A stretch of DNA of 64,000 bases. Source: Hypanus sabinus (Eukaryota). Every line of letters begins with the position of its first letter. The first letter of the stretch is position 1. Of the stretch, positions 26,401 through 38,598 are shown one piece after another. The notes under the pieces were generated by a model, which saw nothing but the letters and a program-made list of their open reading frames with translations, made no database searches and was not told where the DNA came from. The position numbers were made by a program, and so were the translations under genes. The stretch spans positions 163,060,001 to 163,124,000 of the forward strand of contig NC_082707.1 of assembly GCF_030144855.1 (NCBI RefSeq), written 5' to 3'.

Positions 26401-27129
26401 GCATTTTAGCTTTTAGTTGAACTCATAAAGCCTCAAAAATTGAAATATGGGTGAATTAGGAAGGTGATTTGCCATCAAATGCCCCGGAGAAGTGATTTAG
26501 TTATTTCTGGGTGGAGGTGGTTATTTTCTCATATTAGTGTGACATACTAGTTACCTGTTAGCCCACTTCTGGATAAGGTCTTGCATAATACAGGCAAAGA
26601 CTGCTTCCTTATTTGAGCTGTTCCCAATTAAACAGAACATTATAAGAATCATCAGACATTCCCAGTAATGATCTCATTATGAAGTGATTTAACACCTGAA
26701 GTTGAATGGGACAAAGACACTGTCAGGAAGGAATATTTACACGGATGTCCTGGGACAGAGCTAAATGGTATCCAAATACCACAACTTTCCTTCTTTATTA
26801 TCAAGTTCACCTGCTAAAAATTTTTCCCTGACTCATGATTAGGAGTAGGCAGACAGAGAAGAAACTGGCTAAAGTTGATTTATTTTGCTTTTGTGGCACA
26901 AGACATGCCTTTTCTTTCCCAGGCAAATTTTGTTCTGGAGGTTTGCATTGAATTGCTCGCCCAAATTGCTGAGCAGATGTCAATTCTGCAGGCACGCCTG
27001 ATTTGTGTCGGTAGTATAAGTCTCCTCCATTTTAGCAACAATGTTGGATTTTCTGCATCCAGCTTATCTACCCATTTCTTAATGTCAGGCATAGCGAACT
27101 GAACTGGAAGAAGGGAAGCTTCTAAACTA

Positions 27130-27322
27130 TGTAGTGGCAACAGCACCGGACTTCGAGGGGAGTGGTCCTGGGTTCGAAGCCGGCGGTTCCTCTCACACTC
27201 TCCATCCGTGCTGGGTTGAGGGTCGAGCTAGCAACTCGGCCTCGTAAAAACAGACAAATGGTAATGAAACAGCAAGTTTGCCACCCGAAGCGCCACGAGG
27301 TGCGGAAAGGAACAAGAAGAAA
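27130..27322 (+). mobile_element. tRNA-derived SINE, same family as 12525-12708
   Basis: TGTAGTGGCAACAGCACCGGACTTCGAGG...GGTTCGAAGCC...CCATCCGTGCTGGGTTGAG...GGAACAAGAAG. Confidence 0.85.
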
Positions 27323-28093
27323 AGGAGGCAATTTCAGCTTGGTCTAAGAATTGCTTACTAGTTACTCGTGTTGTTGTCAATACGAAAAAACTAGAGAAAA
27401 TGCTTAAACCAGAAACCATACTTTGCTTGCAGAGGTAATAACTCCGGAAAAAAAAAGACAACCTGGAACAATATCAAGGTACTCCCGAGGTAGTCTTAAC
27501 ACGTGGCTTGTCCACAAGCAAAAAAAAATTAGATCATGCAGCAAAGAGGTTGTTAACGGAGCTACTGACATTAGTTTCTTCAGCAGGCGGTTTAAATGTC
27601 TGGTCGCGCCCGGATGCTGAAGCAGCGCCCTGCGGTTGCTCAAACAGAAACGTGTAATTTACCTCGTCCGCTGTCTGCAGAGGCATCGCTGGTCCATGGA
27701 ATAGAAAGGGTCAATGACTTGCAAAATATTACGTAATGATTGTCAGAGTAACAATTCTTCAATCCTTCAAGATGATCAGTCTCCTGTGACCTGATAGAGC
27801 ACATTTAATATCGGATCAGTTTTCTAGAGAAATACAAACCAATCCTCTACTTTTGCACATCACACTTTCTTGCTCGGGGTTCCAGTAAGCAGCAGTAAGC
27901 TGAAATTTAGCACGGTCCTTTTATGCTGACATGTACTCATGCAGCGTCCTTCAGCTATTCGCCTGATTCCCGAATATGAAGTTCTAGCCGCTAATAGCTG
28001 GGGGCTTCATCATTTTCCAAATGCACAACCATTGAAAGGGCTTTCATAATTATATGTTCCAAAAATAATGAAAAGCCACATTGTAAATGGGAG

Positions 28094-28668
28094 CAACGCA
28101 CACAAAGTGCTGGAGGAACTCAGCAGGTCGGGCAACATCTGTGGAAATAAATAAACAGTCGACATTTCGAGTCGAGACACTTCATCAGGACTGGAAAGAT
28201 TCACTTCATTTCCAGTCCCCATTCCCATTCCGACATGGCCGGTCCATGGCCGCCTCTTCTGCTACTACGAGGCCACTCTTAGGTTTGAGAAAGAACACCT
28301 TTTATTCCGTTTAGGTAGCCCCCAAACTGATGGCATGAAATCGATTTCTCCACTTCCGGTAATTTCCCGTTCCCCTCACCATGGCCACCCTGTTACCTCT
28401 TCTCCTCACCTGCCTATCCTTTCTCTATGGTCTCCTCTCCTCCTTCTCTAGCCCTTTAACTTTCCCATCTATGGAGCCCCAACTTCACCCCCTCCTTTTC
28501 ATCATTCCTTTTCTGTTATCTATCCCCCCGTCCCTTTCCAGTCCTGACAGAGGGGCGCTGCTCCACATGTCGAAATTCAGGTCATTATTCATTTTCATAG
28601 ATGCTGCCTGAACTGATGAGTTCCCCAGGTCAGGTTTTCTAGCATCTGCAGAATCTCTTGTGTTGTTT
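28094..28668 (+). mobile_element. fold-back Penelope insertion (inverted arm 28094-28198 + GIY-YIG C-terminus and 3' end)
   Basis: 10-bp TSD TAAATGGGAG at 28084-28093 and 28669-28678; terminal repeats in opposite orientation. Confidence 0.85.
28156..28193 (-). ncRNA. minimal type-I hammerhead ribozyme motif (Penelope-borne)
   Basis: Minus strand reads CAGTC-CTGATGA-AGTGTCTCGACTC-GAAA-TG-TC-GACTG: intact core, perfect 5-bp helix I, weakened helices II and III; activity untested. Confidence 0.7.
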
Positions 28669-29959
28669 TAAATGGGAGTTGTTTTGATTCTCCATGTCAG
28701 TTCTGGACTGTCGGTGACTATCTCCAATATTCTCTGGAAGAGTATTTCGCAGGATCCCATCTGGTGTAAATAATTTTCCTGCGATCGCTCCTAAACTTAC
28801 CCTCTACAAATCTCGCTTGAAGGCAATTGTTCTTTAAAACAATATTCCTATTTAATTGCTACTTTTTCTTAATATTCATGTTATTTTTAATTTTAAGGGC
28901 ATGTCCTAATTATCTCCTCAACCATCACAAGAATGTGTATCTGTTGCTGAGCGACCCGCCGCCAGTCTTTGGTTTTGGCCGTGTATCCGAACGCGTTTTT
29001 CTTTGTCCCCTTTAGAAGTCATGCGTTTGGTTCTGAAGATCGCCGTTTTTCAGTAGATAAGCACCTTTTGTTTATAAACTACCAAAAAGAACTGACTCTT
29101 TCATAAAACATATGCCTTAACCTTCAATCGAGTTAGAACATAGGCCATTACAGCAGGTCCTTCGGCCCATGGTTTTGTAGACTAAGATCGATCTAATCCT
29201 TTCCTCCTACAAATCCCCCCATTTTTCTAACATTTATGTGCTTATCTAAGAGTTTCTTAAACATCCGTAATGTATCCGCCTCTGCCACCACCCCGGCAGG
29301 ACGTTCCACGCACGCATTGCTTGATCCCGGTGTGCCATCATACTGAAGTCCACATACTTCACGTTCATCCACGCATATCAATACTGGCGCGGAACACTTT
29401 TATAAAAATACCAAAAAAAAACGTGCGAAGAGTGATCGAACCTCAGGCTTGTAGTTTGATTTTCGTATTTAGACAAATGATAGTCTCCATCTAACACGCA
29501 CGATGTGAATTGGTGACTGGTATGCGTTCTGCTACGCGGTTAAATACAAATACAAGCGCTTATTTTCCCATACTCCGTATGTAAGATTTCGTTCACGTTT
29601 CTTGGAAGCAATTTGAAGAACACGAAATCGCCTAGAAGCCAGGTTTTGAACACTGCTACAGTATTAAAACCTTACTAGATCATAGACACACACCAAAACC
29701 ATATTGTGCAATTTGAAGACCTGGTAAACTAAATAAACAGAAAATTATTCTTTGAAGTCCGCTTTTACTCACTACATCAGATTTGTTTCATAGTTTCACT
29801 GCAGAGCCAAAAACCATTTAACCTCTTTCCTGTAGTTTAATTCAAATATGTACTACCTAGTGAAACACAGACGAGTTTTTCCTTAATGGTTGATCATCTG
29901 TTATATATTCCACAGAGCCGAAACGCCACATTTTCAGGACATGACAATCAGATTATAAT

Positions 29960-30315
29960 CATGTTCTCTTCTCGCCACAGGACTCACATTACCAGGTTCA
30001 GGAACAGCTATTGCCCCTCAACCACCAGACTCATGAAGAAATCTTCATTTGCCCCATTATGGAAATGTTCCCACAATCTATGGACTCACTATGTACTCAT
30101 TATCTCAAGCTCTCGATATTTTTTGTTTATTTTTAATCATTCTTCCTTTTTGTATTTGCGGTTTGTTGCCTTTTGCACACTGGTTGAACGCCCAAGTTGA
30201 CGCAGTCTTTCATCGATTCTATTATGGATTTATTGAGTATGCCCACAGGAAAATGAATCTCAGGATTGTATATGGTGACATATATGTACCTTAATATTAG
30301 ATCTATTTTGAACAG
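29960..30315 (+). mobile_element. Rex/Babar-type LINE 3' end
   Basis: RTHITRFRNSYCP and family 3' UTR (GAAAATGAATCTCAGG.TTGTATATGGTGACAT). Confidence 0.75.
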
Positions 30316-31756
30316 TGAAATTTAAATGGAATGAACTGTTACCCTGTTGTATTCACTCAGTGGTATTTCAAGTTAGTAGGTTCAAGTAAATAGTTACTAA
30401 AATGAACTAGTTTTGCCTTTTTTTTAAGAGGAAGGGGGAATGTTAAGCTCTCTTTATTGCTATCGTCTTGCTTTATCAATAATCATTTCTAACGGTTATT
30501 CAAAACCTAAACAGTTTCATACTTCAGCGAGCCTGAGAGATTGGCACAGCTCAGTCTCTCAGAAATAGGCGCCTATGCAGAATAGCACGAATTTCACCGG
30601 CTGTGAGAGTCGATAACGATACGACAAATAAGTAGTTCTGACTAGCGTACCGGCCAGGTTCTATTTTCTTTCACATTTTAACAAGATTTGATCTTTGCTG
30701 ACTCAAAACAAGGTATTACTATTAAAATCATACCGGCTACTCGGGATGAAGCGTATTCCAAATTAAAATCTTAAATATTTTTCATTTTTTATTCGAAAAC
30801 GCCGTCCCCTCACGCGAATGTAATTTATGCTTAACGCCCCTTTGTTACTAGAATATTGCTTACTTCGGTAAAATATGTTCGATTTTTTTCTGCATTCAAA
30901 CACCAAATTTCTGTGCATATAAAATAATGAAGATTGACTTGCAAACGTTCAAATTGCAATGGTATTTTTCTTCTCCATCAACATGAACAATCCTCGCAAG
31001 ATGTTTTAGTAAAGGCATTTTTAAGCTAATGTTTATAAAGGAATATAATATCTGTTCTAGCAATATTTAATGTACCCAGACTGAGAGAGCTCCTTGACCT
31101 TTTATTTTTTTAAAATCAACTGCTATGTAAAAAAATACAGATTTTCGAGGCATCGTTTACAGACTATTTCCAAGTTAAGTTTTATAAAATCTACCATTTT
31201 TAAAATATACAACAGTTCTAGACGGCATGGGAACACAATTTTCCTAATATTCATAATGTACTAAATCATGACCTCTAAATGTGAATTGAGCTGGAGAAAT
31301 GTGTTTCTTTGCGCGACTTGTTACAACACAATGTATTTGGATCAAATACGCAACTACCTTAATGTGAATAAATTATCTCGATCAATACCACCCCCGATTA
31401 GAAAATAGATGATAATTTCCTCCACTGCTCAAACTCTGTACTTCGAGCAGGTTTGATGCAGCATATGAGTTAATAGGTATTTTGGCATGTTTCTCTGCAA
31501 AGTTCTGGGCGTCCTCTGCAGAGCTGATCAAGTGGCTATAATGGATTTCAAAGCGGACCTGGATAATTTGGCTACCGCCTAGGGACCCGTATTGAGTGAT
31601 GCAGGGATTCCGGACAGTGTGTCAGCATCTTTCACTCTGACTGTTAAGATGTTGTGCCTGGACATTGCAAGCTAACAGCTCGGCGCTGAGTATCGCTTTT
31701 TCTAATTCCAGGCTTGTCTGAACTGTGGAAAGCATTGAGATCGGGACTCCGACAAG

Positions 31757-31811
31757 ATGTGCGACTGTTTTCATCTGCCCTTTCCAAACTGGCGAGGAGA
31801 TCCGGCCAGTG
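31757..31811 (+). CDS. AHNAK2: AHNAK2 first coding exon (55 nt, phase-1 donor)
   Basis: ATG at 31757 (AAGATGT context) encodes MCDCFHLPFPNWRGDPAS+G, then donor GTGGGC; matches the recalled human N-terminus MCDCFHMVLPTWPGTPGS without gaps; lies in the CpG-rich region; too short for the ORF track. Confidence 0.82.
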
Positions 31812-34118
31812 GTGGGCTTCTTATCTATGCTTTATAACCTGTTCCTGATGCTTTGCTTCGCTTCGCTCTGCATACGCAGTCCTCGCTTCCCTGCGGCTGT
31901 AGGGCGTGGTCGATGTTTGCATGAACGAGACAGTACAGGTCTAAGAGAGAGAGAAAAAAAATGGGGAATTAAAACAACGTCTGCAATATTTAGCTGCTTA
32001 CATTATGGCTGTCGTATTGCTATACGCTTTTGTATAACACTAATTTAATGTTTTTGATTCTTATTGTGCGGTGAACTAATGATCCAATCCATGTTTGCAT
32101 GCAAGAATTATACGACCTGCGGCTCCAGGCAGAACTGTTTCTGTGACTTTGGAAGTAATTGTTTTGTGCGGAGTTTGTTTTTTGTTATTCACCATACACG
32201 TTTTCGCTGGATAAAAGCCGTTGTTGGGCGTACGGTGGAGACCGTAAACGAGAAACAATTATGGGCGAAACCCTGCGAAGTACATCTGTTTGCTTAGTGT
32301 TTGGTTAACCGGCCACTAATTAGTCAGGGAGGCAACAGGCTGTATCATTTACTGTAATCGCCTGCGGTGGGGTATGAAGATTAACCACACCCTGCGCTCT
32401 TTAAACATGTGCTTTAGCAATACTGTGTACTGTTAATAAACAAATCAAAATTCATCACCAGGATGCGCCGCGATTGTGGTTGCTGCCAACAAGTGATTGA
32501 AATGCTTTTTTTGAGGGAGACGGGTCTGCCCAGGTGGCAGTAAATGCAGTGAGCAGGCTGGAAAAAGTTAGCTCCACAGGATTGAGTGGAATTGAACGGG
32601 AGAGATGGATCTGCATCCACCATCCTACGTCACGCATCAGCATCCCAAACCTCCGTCAAGGTCATCTTCAGCTCCCATTCTCGGGCAGGTCACTGCCCAG
32701 GCCCGCAGAAAGCTACCCTGTCGATTTGTCAGGGAAGAGAATTCAGTTTAATACTAAGTCGTGCTATCTTTCCTTTCGAGTAGGGCTATCTCACTTTGAT
32801 TTATTTCACAGGCTTTGTATTGAAGTTTGATTTTGCAGTTCATTGTTAAATCCGGACCAGAAAAGGCAATTGTACTGTACAAGTTAATCAATATCGATAT
32901 TTGGGGTTGGGCAATAAATGCTGGCCAACTTAGTATTACCTACCACCCAGGTCCAGAAAATAAAACCCAAATAAATATTAAAAGAAAGGCTTGTAATAAT
33001 ATTTTAAGTTGTAGGGATAAGTAGTGTAAATTGTGTTTGATGTAACATTTGTTATAGTTATTGTGCAGAATTCACACTTAAAGTGTAACATTAGAGAAGA
33101 TTTTGGGTAGGTTAACCATTCAATTTGGCTCTTTTGCCTGCACTGAGTGATTTCTAAGTTAATGGTTTGATTCTGTGATGACACTATTGTGACTGCAGCC
33201 AAGTGAGTCGAGAAGTTAGCATCTTTGCAAACATCTTTATGACATGCGATATAAATTTCTTAGCTCCATTTTGGATGGAAAAATTGTATATTTTGTATAC
33301 TGTAGAACTAATTAGTATGAGCACCAAGTCTCATTGAATGCAATGGCATGGGTTGCTATTTGTGGGCAACTGTGTCTATCTGCATTCTGTCAATGTGCCT
33401 CCATAGCATATGTGGAGGCACCCAAAACAGGACTTAAACAACAAACATTTAGTGAGCTCATCTTAATGCTTTAGTGGAAACACATGTATTTTTTGTCTTA
33501 TGAGTTCTTCCTCTGTCTGAGAAGATAGCATAGACACAAATTTAAGGAAAGTGTGTCATCTTCCTTTGTCAGTATCCCTTGATGTGATTGAAAAGCTTGA
33601 GTGTTGCTGCATATATAAGGGTTATATGCAGGCGGTACAGCCATGTTTCTGATCATAAATATTTACAATTATTTGCAACTTGGAGAAATAGTTATTTAAT
33701 AAAATTAAGCCTGTGCAACTTGTTTTTATTTATGTGGTTTATCTCTTAGTTATCTAATATATGGTGCTAGTGCTAAAGTGAAAAAAAAATCCATTGCTTA
33801 GTGTTACCATCATTCCTTTCACAAGGATAAAATTTAAATTCAAAGCAATTTCAGTGAAATGGAAGGGAAATAGGATGATGCCGTCTGTTTTGCTCAGCCA
33901 TATAGCAGCCTTATAATTTTGTGCTACAGGGTTCTTAAGTATTTATATTTTAAAACAGTCCCAGTACCCCATTTTATTTTTATGATTATTGTTTAAAACA
34001 CATTATCTTTTTGTACATATTTTTGTAAGGTTTTGCAAAATTTCCTCTATGTGAACTTGCCTCATTTGGTTAGGAATGTTTTTCGGTAATTATTAAGTTC
34101 AGGGAAGTGTATAAAATA

Positions 34119-34960
34119 ATGGTTGTAGAAGTGCCATATTCTGCATGGAGGTGAGTGCCTCAGGGATCTGTTCTGGATCATTATTCTTCATGATTTTTAT
34201 AAATGACCTGGATGAGGAAGTAGAGGGATGGGTTATTAAGTTTGCTGATGACACAAAGGTTGAAGGTGTTGTTGATAGTGTGGAGGGCTGTCAGAGTCAG
34301 ACATTGATAGAATGCAAAACTGGGCTGAGAATTGGCAGATGGAGTTCAACCCAGATAAGTATAAAGTGGTTCATTTTGGTAGGTCAAGTATGATGGCAGA
34401 ATATAGTATTAATGATAAGACTCTTGGCAGTGTGGAGGATCAGAGGGATCTTGGGTTCTGAGTCCATAGGACACTCAAAGCAGCTGTGTAGTTTGACTCT
34501 GTGGTTAAGATGGCATACGGTGCATTGGCCTTCATCAATGGTGGAATTGAATTTAGGAGCCGAGAGGTAATGTTACAGCTATATAGGACCCTGGTCAGAC
34601 CCCACTTGAAGTACTGTGCTCAGTTCTGGTCGCCTCACTACAGGAAAGATGTGGAAGCCATTGAAAGGGTGCACAGAAGATTTACAAGGATGTTGCCTGG
34701 ATTGGGGAGCATTCCTTATGAGAACAGGTGAGAGAACGGCCTTTTCTCCTTGGAGCGATGGAGGATGAGAGGTGACCTGATAGAGGTGTATAAGATGATG
34801 TGAGGCATTGATTGTGTGGATAGTCAGAGGCTTTTTCCCAGGGATGAAATGGTTGCCACAAGAGGATACAGGTTTAAGGTGCTGGGGACAGGTTCGGCAC
34901 AACTTTGTGGACCGAAGGGCCTGTATTGTGCTGTAGGTTTTCTATGATTCTATGTTTCTA
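34119..34960 (+). mobile_element. CR1 LINE 3' fragment, same subfamily as 18352-21445
   Basis: KFADDTKV and LEY-type C-terminal ORFs 34145-34393 and 34501-34731; TTCTATG tail. Confidence 0.9.
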
Positions 34961-35604
34961 ATAGATATATAGAGGAAAAGGAAACAAATATTGTTCAGAT
35001 TTCAAATATCAGATTTTGTGAAAAGATTTGATGAGGCATGACTACAGCTCTAATTATTGTTGGAATATTACTGTGACCAGGTGATATTCTTGTGATAGAT
35101 TCTGTCACCTGCAGAGATGTGCCACATTGTCATGAGTGTTAAGTGGTGAATATACAATTGTTTGTTAGGAGATTTTCTTGGCAACAATCTCTTTGGTTAT
35201 AGCTCTAAGCAGTATTAATGAAATGCCTACACAATGCTAATAAAACATTCTCCAAAACTATTGTGACAGTGCAGATTCCAAATGGTAGCTGTCATTAAAG
35301 TGGATCATCATTGTGAAACCAGAGGCTTGTGAAGATAAAATTAGTGATTGTATCTTCATATTATTCCTACACAGCTACTTCCAGTAGTTTAAAGACCAGA
35401 ATAAATTATTAGGTCATAAAATTGTGCAGAAAACTGGAGAATCTGAAGATAGAAGGGCAAAAAAAAATTTCAATTAGAAAATCAATGATGATGAAATACT
35501 GACATGGAGTAAATAAACCAGTTGTTCAGAAACGGTGCTGTCACACTGACCCTTCACACTTAAGGTAGCAATGACTTACCCAGCTGTTTTATTTATTAAG
35601 CGAA

Positions 35605-36285
35605 TCAGAATCAGGTTTGTTATCACTGAGTATGTCATGAAATTTATTGCTTTGTGGCAGCAGTGCTGTACAAGATATAAAAATTACTATAAATTACAAA
35701 AATAAATAAATTGTGCAAATGATGAATAACAAGAAAGCATTCATGGGTTCATGGACTGTTCAGCAATCTGATGGCAGAGGGGAAGGAACTGTTCCAAAAG
35801 CAGTGAGTATGAGTTTCAGGCTCCTGTACATTCTCCCCAATGTTAGTAATGTGAAGAGGGCATGTCTGGAATGATGAGTGCCCTTCATAATGGATGTCGT
35901 CTTTTTGCCTCTTGAAAATGCCCTTGCTGGTGGGGAGGTTTATGCTTGTGATGGAACTACCTGAGTCTGCAGCCTCCTTGCGAATCCTGTACATTGGAGG
36001 CTCCATACCAGGCTGTGATGCAATCAGTCAGAATGCTCTCCACCACATATCTTTAACCTTTTCAGTAATCTTTGGTGACATACCAAATCTCCTCAGACTC
36101 CTACTGAAGAAGAGATGCTGGCATGCCCATAAATGTATTGGGCCCAAGATAGATCCTCTGAGATGTTTACATTCAGCAACCTGAAGCTTTTTGCCCTTTC
36201 CACTGCTGACTTTTCAATGAAGGTTGGCAGGTGTTCTTCTAATTTCCTCTTACTGAAATTTACAATCAGTTTCTTGGTCAAAAAT
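35605..36285 (-). mobile_element. Rex/Babar-type LINE 3' fragment
   Basis: ORFs 35749-36006 and 36093-36314 (VERAKSFRLL..ISEDLSW; NSSFPSAIRLLN); GAATCA-type tail. Confidence 0.75.
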
Positions 36286-36359
36286 TCTGGATATTTAACC
36301 AAGAGTGAATGCATGTCAAAACATTTGCCAATGCATTTCCCTCAGTTTTGTGGTGAAAG

Positions 36360-36870
36360 TTTGTCTCTAATACTGGTAGTAGTAATTCTCCAACTTCACA
36401 TGGACTGCTCCCTCTCTGTCCTTTTTTTCTCTCCTCCCAGTTTACCCAGATCCTCCTACACCACCCCAGCCTTTCATCTGGTTCTTTCCCCTCCTCTCCT
36501 ACTTCATCTGCCCATCACCCACTCCTCACACTGGGTATTCTGCCCTCACTACTCCCAAACCCCACTCCAATTTCCTCATTTGACTACATGCTTCACCTTT
36601 ATTTCTACCAGATTCCATCATCTTTGTCGCCTCCATCTATCACCTTTCAGCCTCGGTCACTATTACCACTCTTCTCTTCTTCAACTGCCTTATCACTTTT
36701 CCTCACCTTATTGCTAGCTCTTACTTAGCCCGCGCCTTCACGTCTTCATACTGGTTATCTCCCATCTTTCAGTCCACATGAAAGGTCTGAACCCAAAACG
36801 GTGTCTGCCCGTTTCCCTCCACAGGTGCTGCCTAGTCCACTGAGTTCTCAGCATCTGTAATCTCTCCAGC
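36360..36870 (+). mobile_element. old Penelope 3' UTR and terminal fragment
   Basis: Pyrimidine-rich UTR ending in a degenerate terminal repeat (CACAGGTGCTGCCTAGTCCACTGAGTTCTCAGCATCTG). Confidence 0.55.
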
Positions 36871-36979
36871 CTCCAGCAGTCACCAGTTGGATTCACTTCC
36901 ACTATTAAGATGGCAAATCTTAATAATTTCAATGAACTGTCATCATTTCATGAGCACTGTCGTTAACTGGGGGGGGGGG

Positions 36980-37500
36980 GCATATCAGAACAGTTAATAG
37001 ATCTGCTGCCTCACAGGTTGGTGACCTGGATTTCATCCTCACCTTTGGCGTTGTTGCATGGAGAATAGCATAGATATAGGTCATAGGGTATATTTAAAAC
37101 AGAGGTGGAGAAGTTCTTGATCAGTCAGGTTGTCAAAGGTTATGGGAAGAAGGCAGGAGAACTGGGTTGAGATCAGTCATGATTGAATAGTGGAGCAGGC
37201 TAGATGGCTGAATGGGCTAATTATGCTCCTATGTCTTATGGCCTTATGGAGATTGTGCATTCTCCCTGTGACCACATAGATTTTTTTCAGGTGTTTTGGT
37301 TTTCATCCACATTGCAAAAACATGCAGTTGATGTGTTAGTTGATCACCATAAATTTGCCTCCAGCCGTAGAATCAAGAGGTGTTGATGGGAAAATTGGCC
37401 AAATAAGATGGGTTGGGTCAGGATTAGTGTTAAAAATGGGTGCCTGATGGATTCAGTGGGCCAAAGAGCCTGTATCTGTATGATTCCACAAATCTATGAC
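36980..37500 (+). mobile_element. HE1/V-type SINE interrupted by a CR1 3' tail (37065-37245)
   Basis: TSD ATGGAGA at 37058-37064 and 37246-37252 flanks a CR1 3' end; SINE body resumes TTGTGCATTCTCCCTGTGACC. Confidence 0.75.
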
Positions 37501-38357
37501 TTTAAAAGTATAACATGAAATTAGCTGTTAATTAAAGATCTTTCTCAATTTTCTTTGCATATTTCATTTTAATTATGTAACTGCCAACCAAAAAGCCAAC
37601 ATTTTTATCAATGCATTTGAAAATTTTACAGTAAGTAGACATGGTTTCTGATGTAAGCTAACTAAAATGCCTGACAGTCTGGAAAAAGACAGCTAATCCT
37701 ATGCAGAGAAAGCAATAAACATTTATTAAAGGCTGTACTGACATCTTGTTCTGGGCAGAGTCCCAAATATTGCATTTATGTATTAAGTCTTGTTATTATT
37801 TCAGGTCGATAAGAAATGACTCAGTTTAAATTTTATTTTTAATCTTCAGTCAAACTTGGAGAAGAATTTCTTTCTTGATAGATTTGAAACCGCAAAGGAA
37901 AACAATAGAAAATGGGGAAAAGTTTTCATTATCAGTTTGCTCATCGAGAATTATCCATTCAAAGGATAGATTATTTTTATAATTTCCACCATCTCTGTTG
38001 TATCACATTGCGTGACTTTTGTGCATAACTTAATTCACTTATTTATCTTTCCTTGGCAAAAGCTTCTTTGGCTCCTATACACCTTTTACTAAGTATATAA
38101 ACATCACTTGTTGGCTGATCCTGTTCTGCCTTTGTACAAAATGATTTTACTTAACATATTTTACAGAAAATATATTGACGATGGAGAGCTCCCGAACATA
38201 ACTGACTAAACCCATACAGTGTCAGTGCAGAGTTTGGTTTTTGTTAACTATGCTTAAACTTCCCAGACTTGGGTGAATTCTGATGAGACCCTTAATAGAT
38301 GGTGGAGTAAGCTTCCTAACAGAGAAATAAAAACCTTATGTTGGTGTACAGATACTG

Positions 38358-38598
38358 TACAGATACAGGCCCTTTAGCCCACTGAGTCCATCAGGCACCC
38401 ATTTTTAACACTAATCCTGACCCAACCCATCTTATTTGGCCATTTTCTCATCAACACCTCTTGATTCTATGGCTGGAGGCAAATTTATGGTGACCAACTA
38501 ACACATCAACTACATGCTTTTGCAATGTGGATGAAAACCAAAACACCTGAAAAAAATCTTATGTGGTCACGGGGAGAATGCACAATCTCCATAAGGCC
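38358..38598 (-). repeat. inverted duplicate of 37240-37480
   Basis: About 11 differences in ~240 bp by manual alignment; includes the CR1/SINE junction GGCCTTATGGAGA. Confidence 0.92.

Larger units (their letters stand above)
27100..32800. promoter_or_regulatory. CpG-retaining (likely hypomethylated) promoter region around AHNAK2 exon 1
   Basis: CpG is visibly far more frequent than in the flanks, and repeats inside the region keep their CpGs; contains the AHNAK2 start codon; CpG o/e not computed. Confidence 0.7.

Noticed and set aside
36133-36717. 194-aa ORF, and similar Pro/Ser/Leu-rich ORFs at 1126-1509 and 15091-15588
   Set aside because: Stop-poor frames across pyrimidine-rich Penelope UTRs or antisense to TE coding sequence; not genes.
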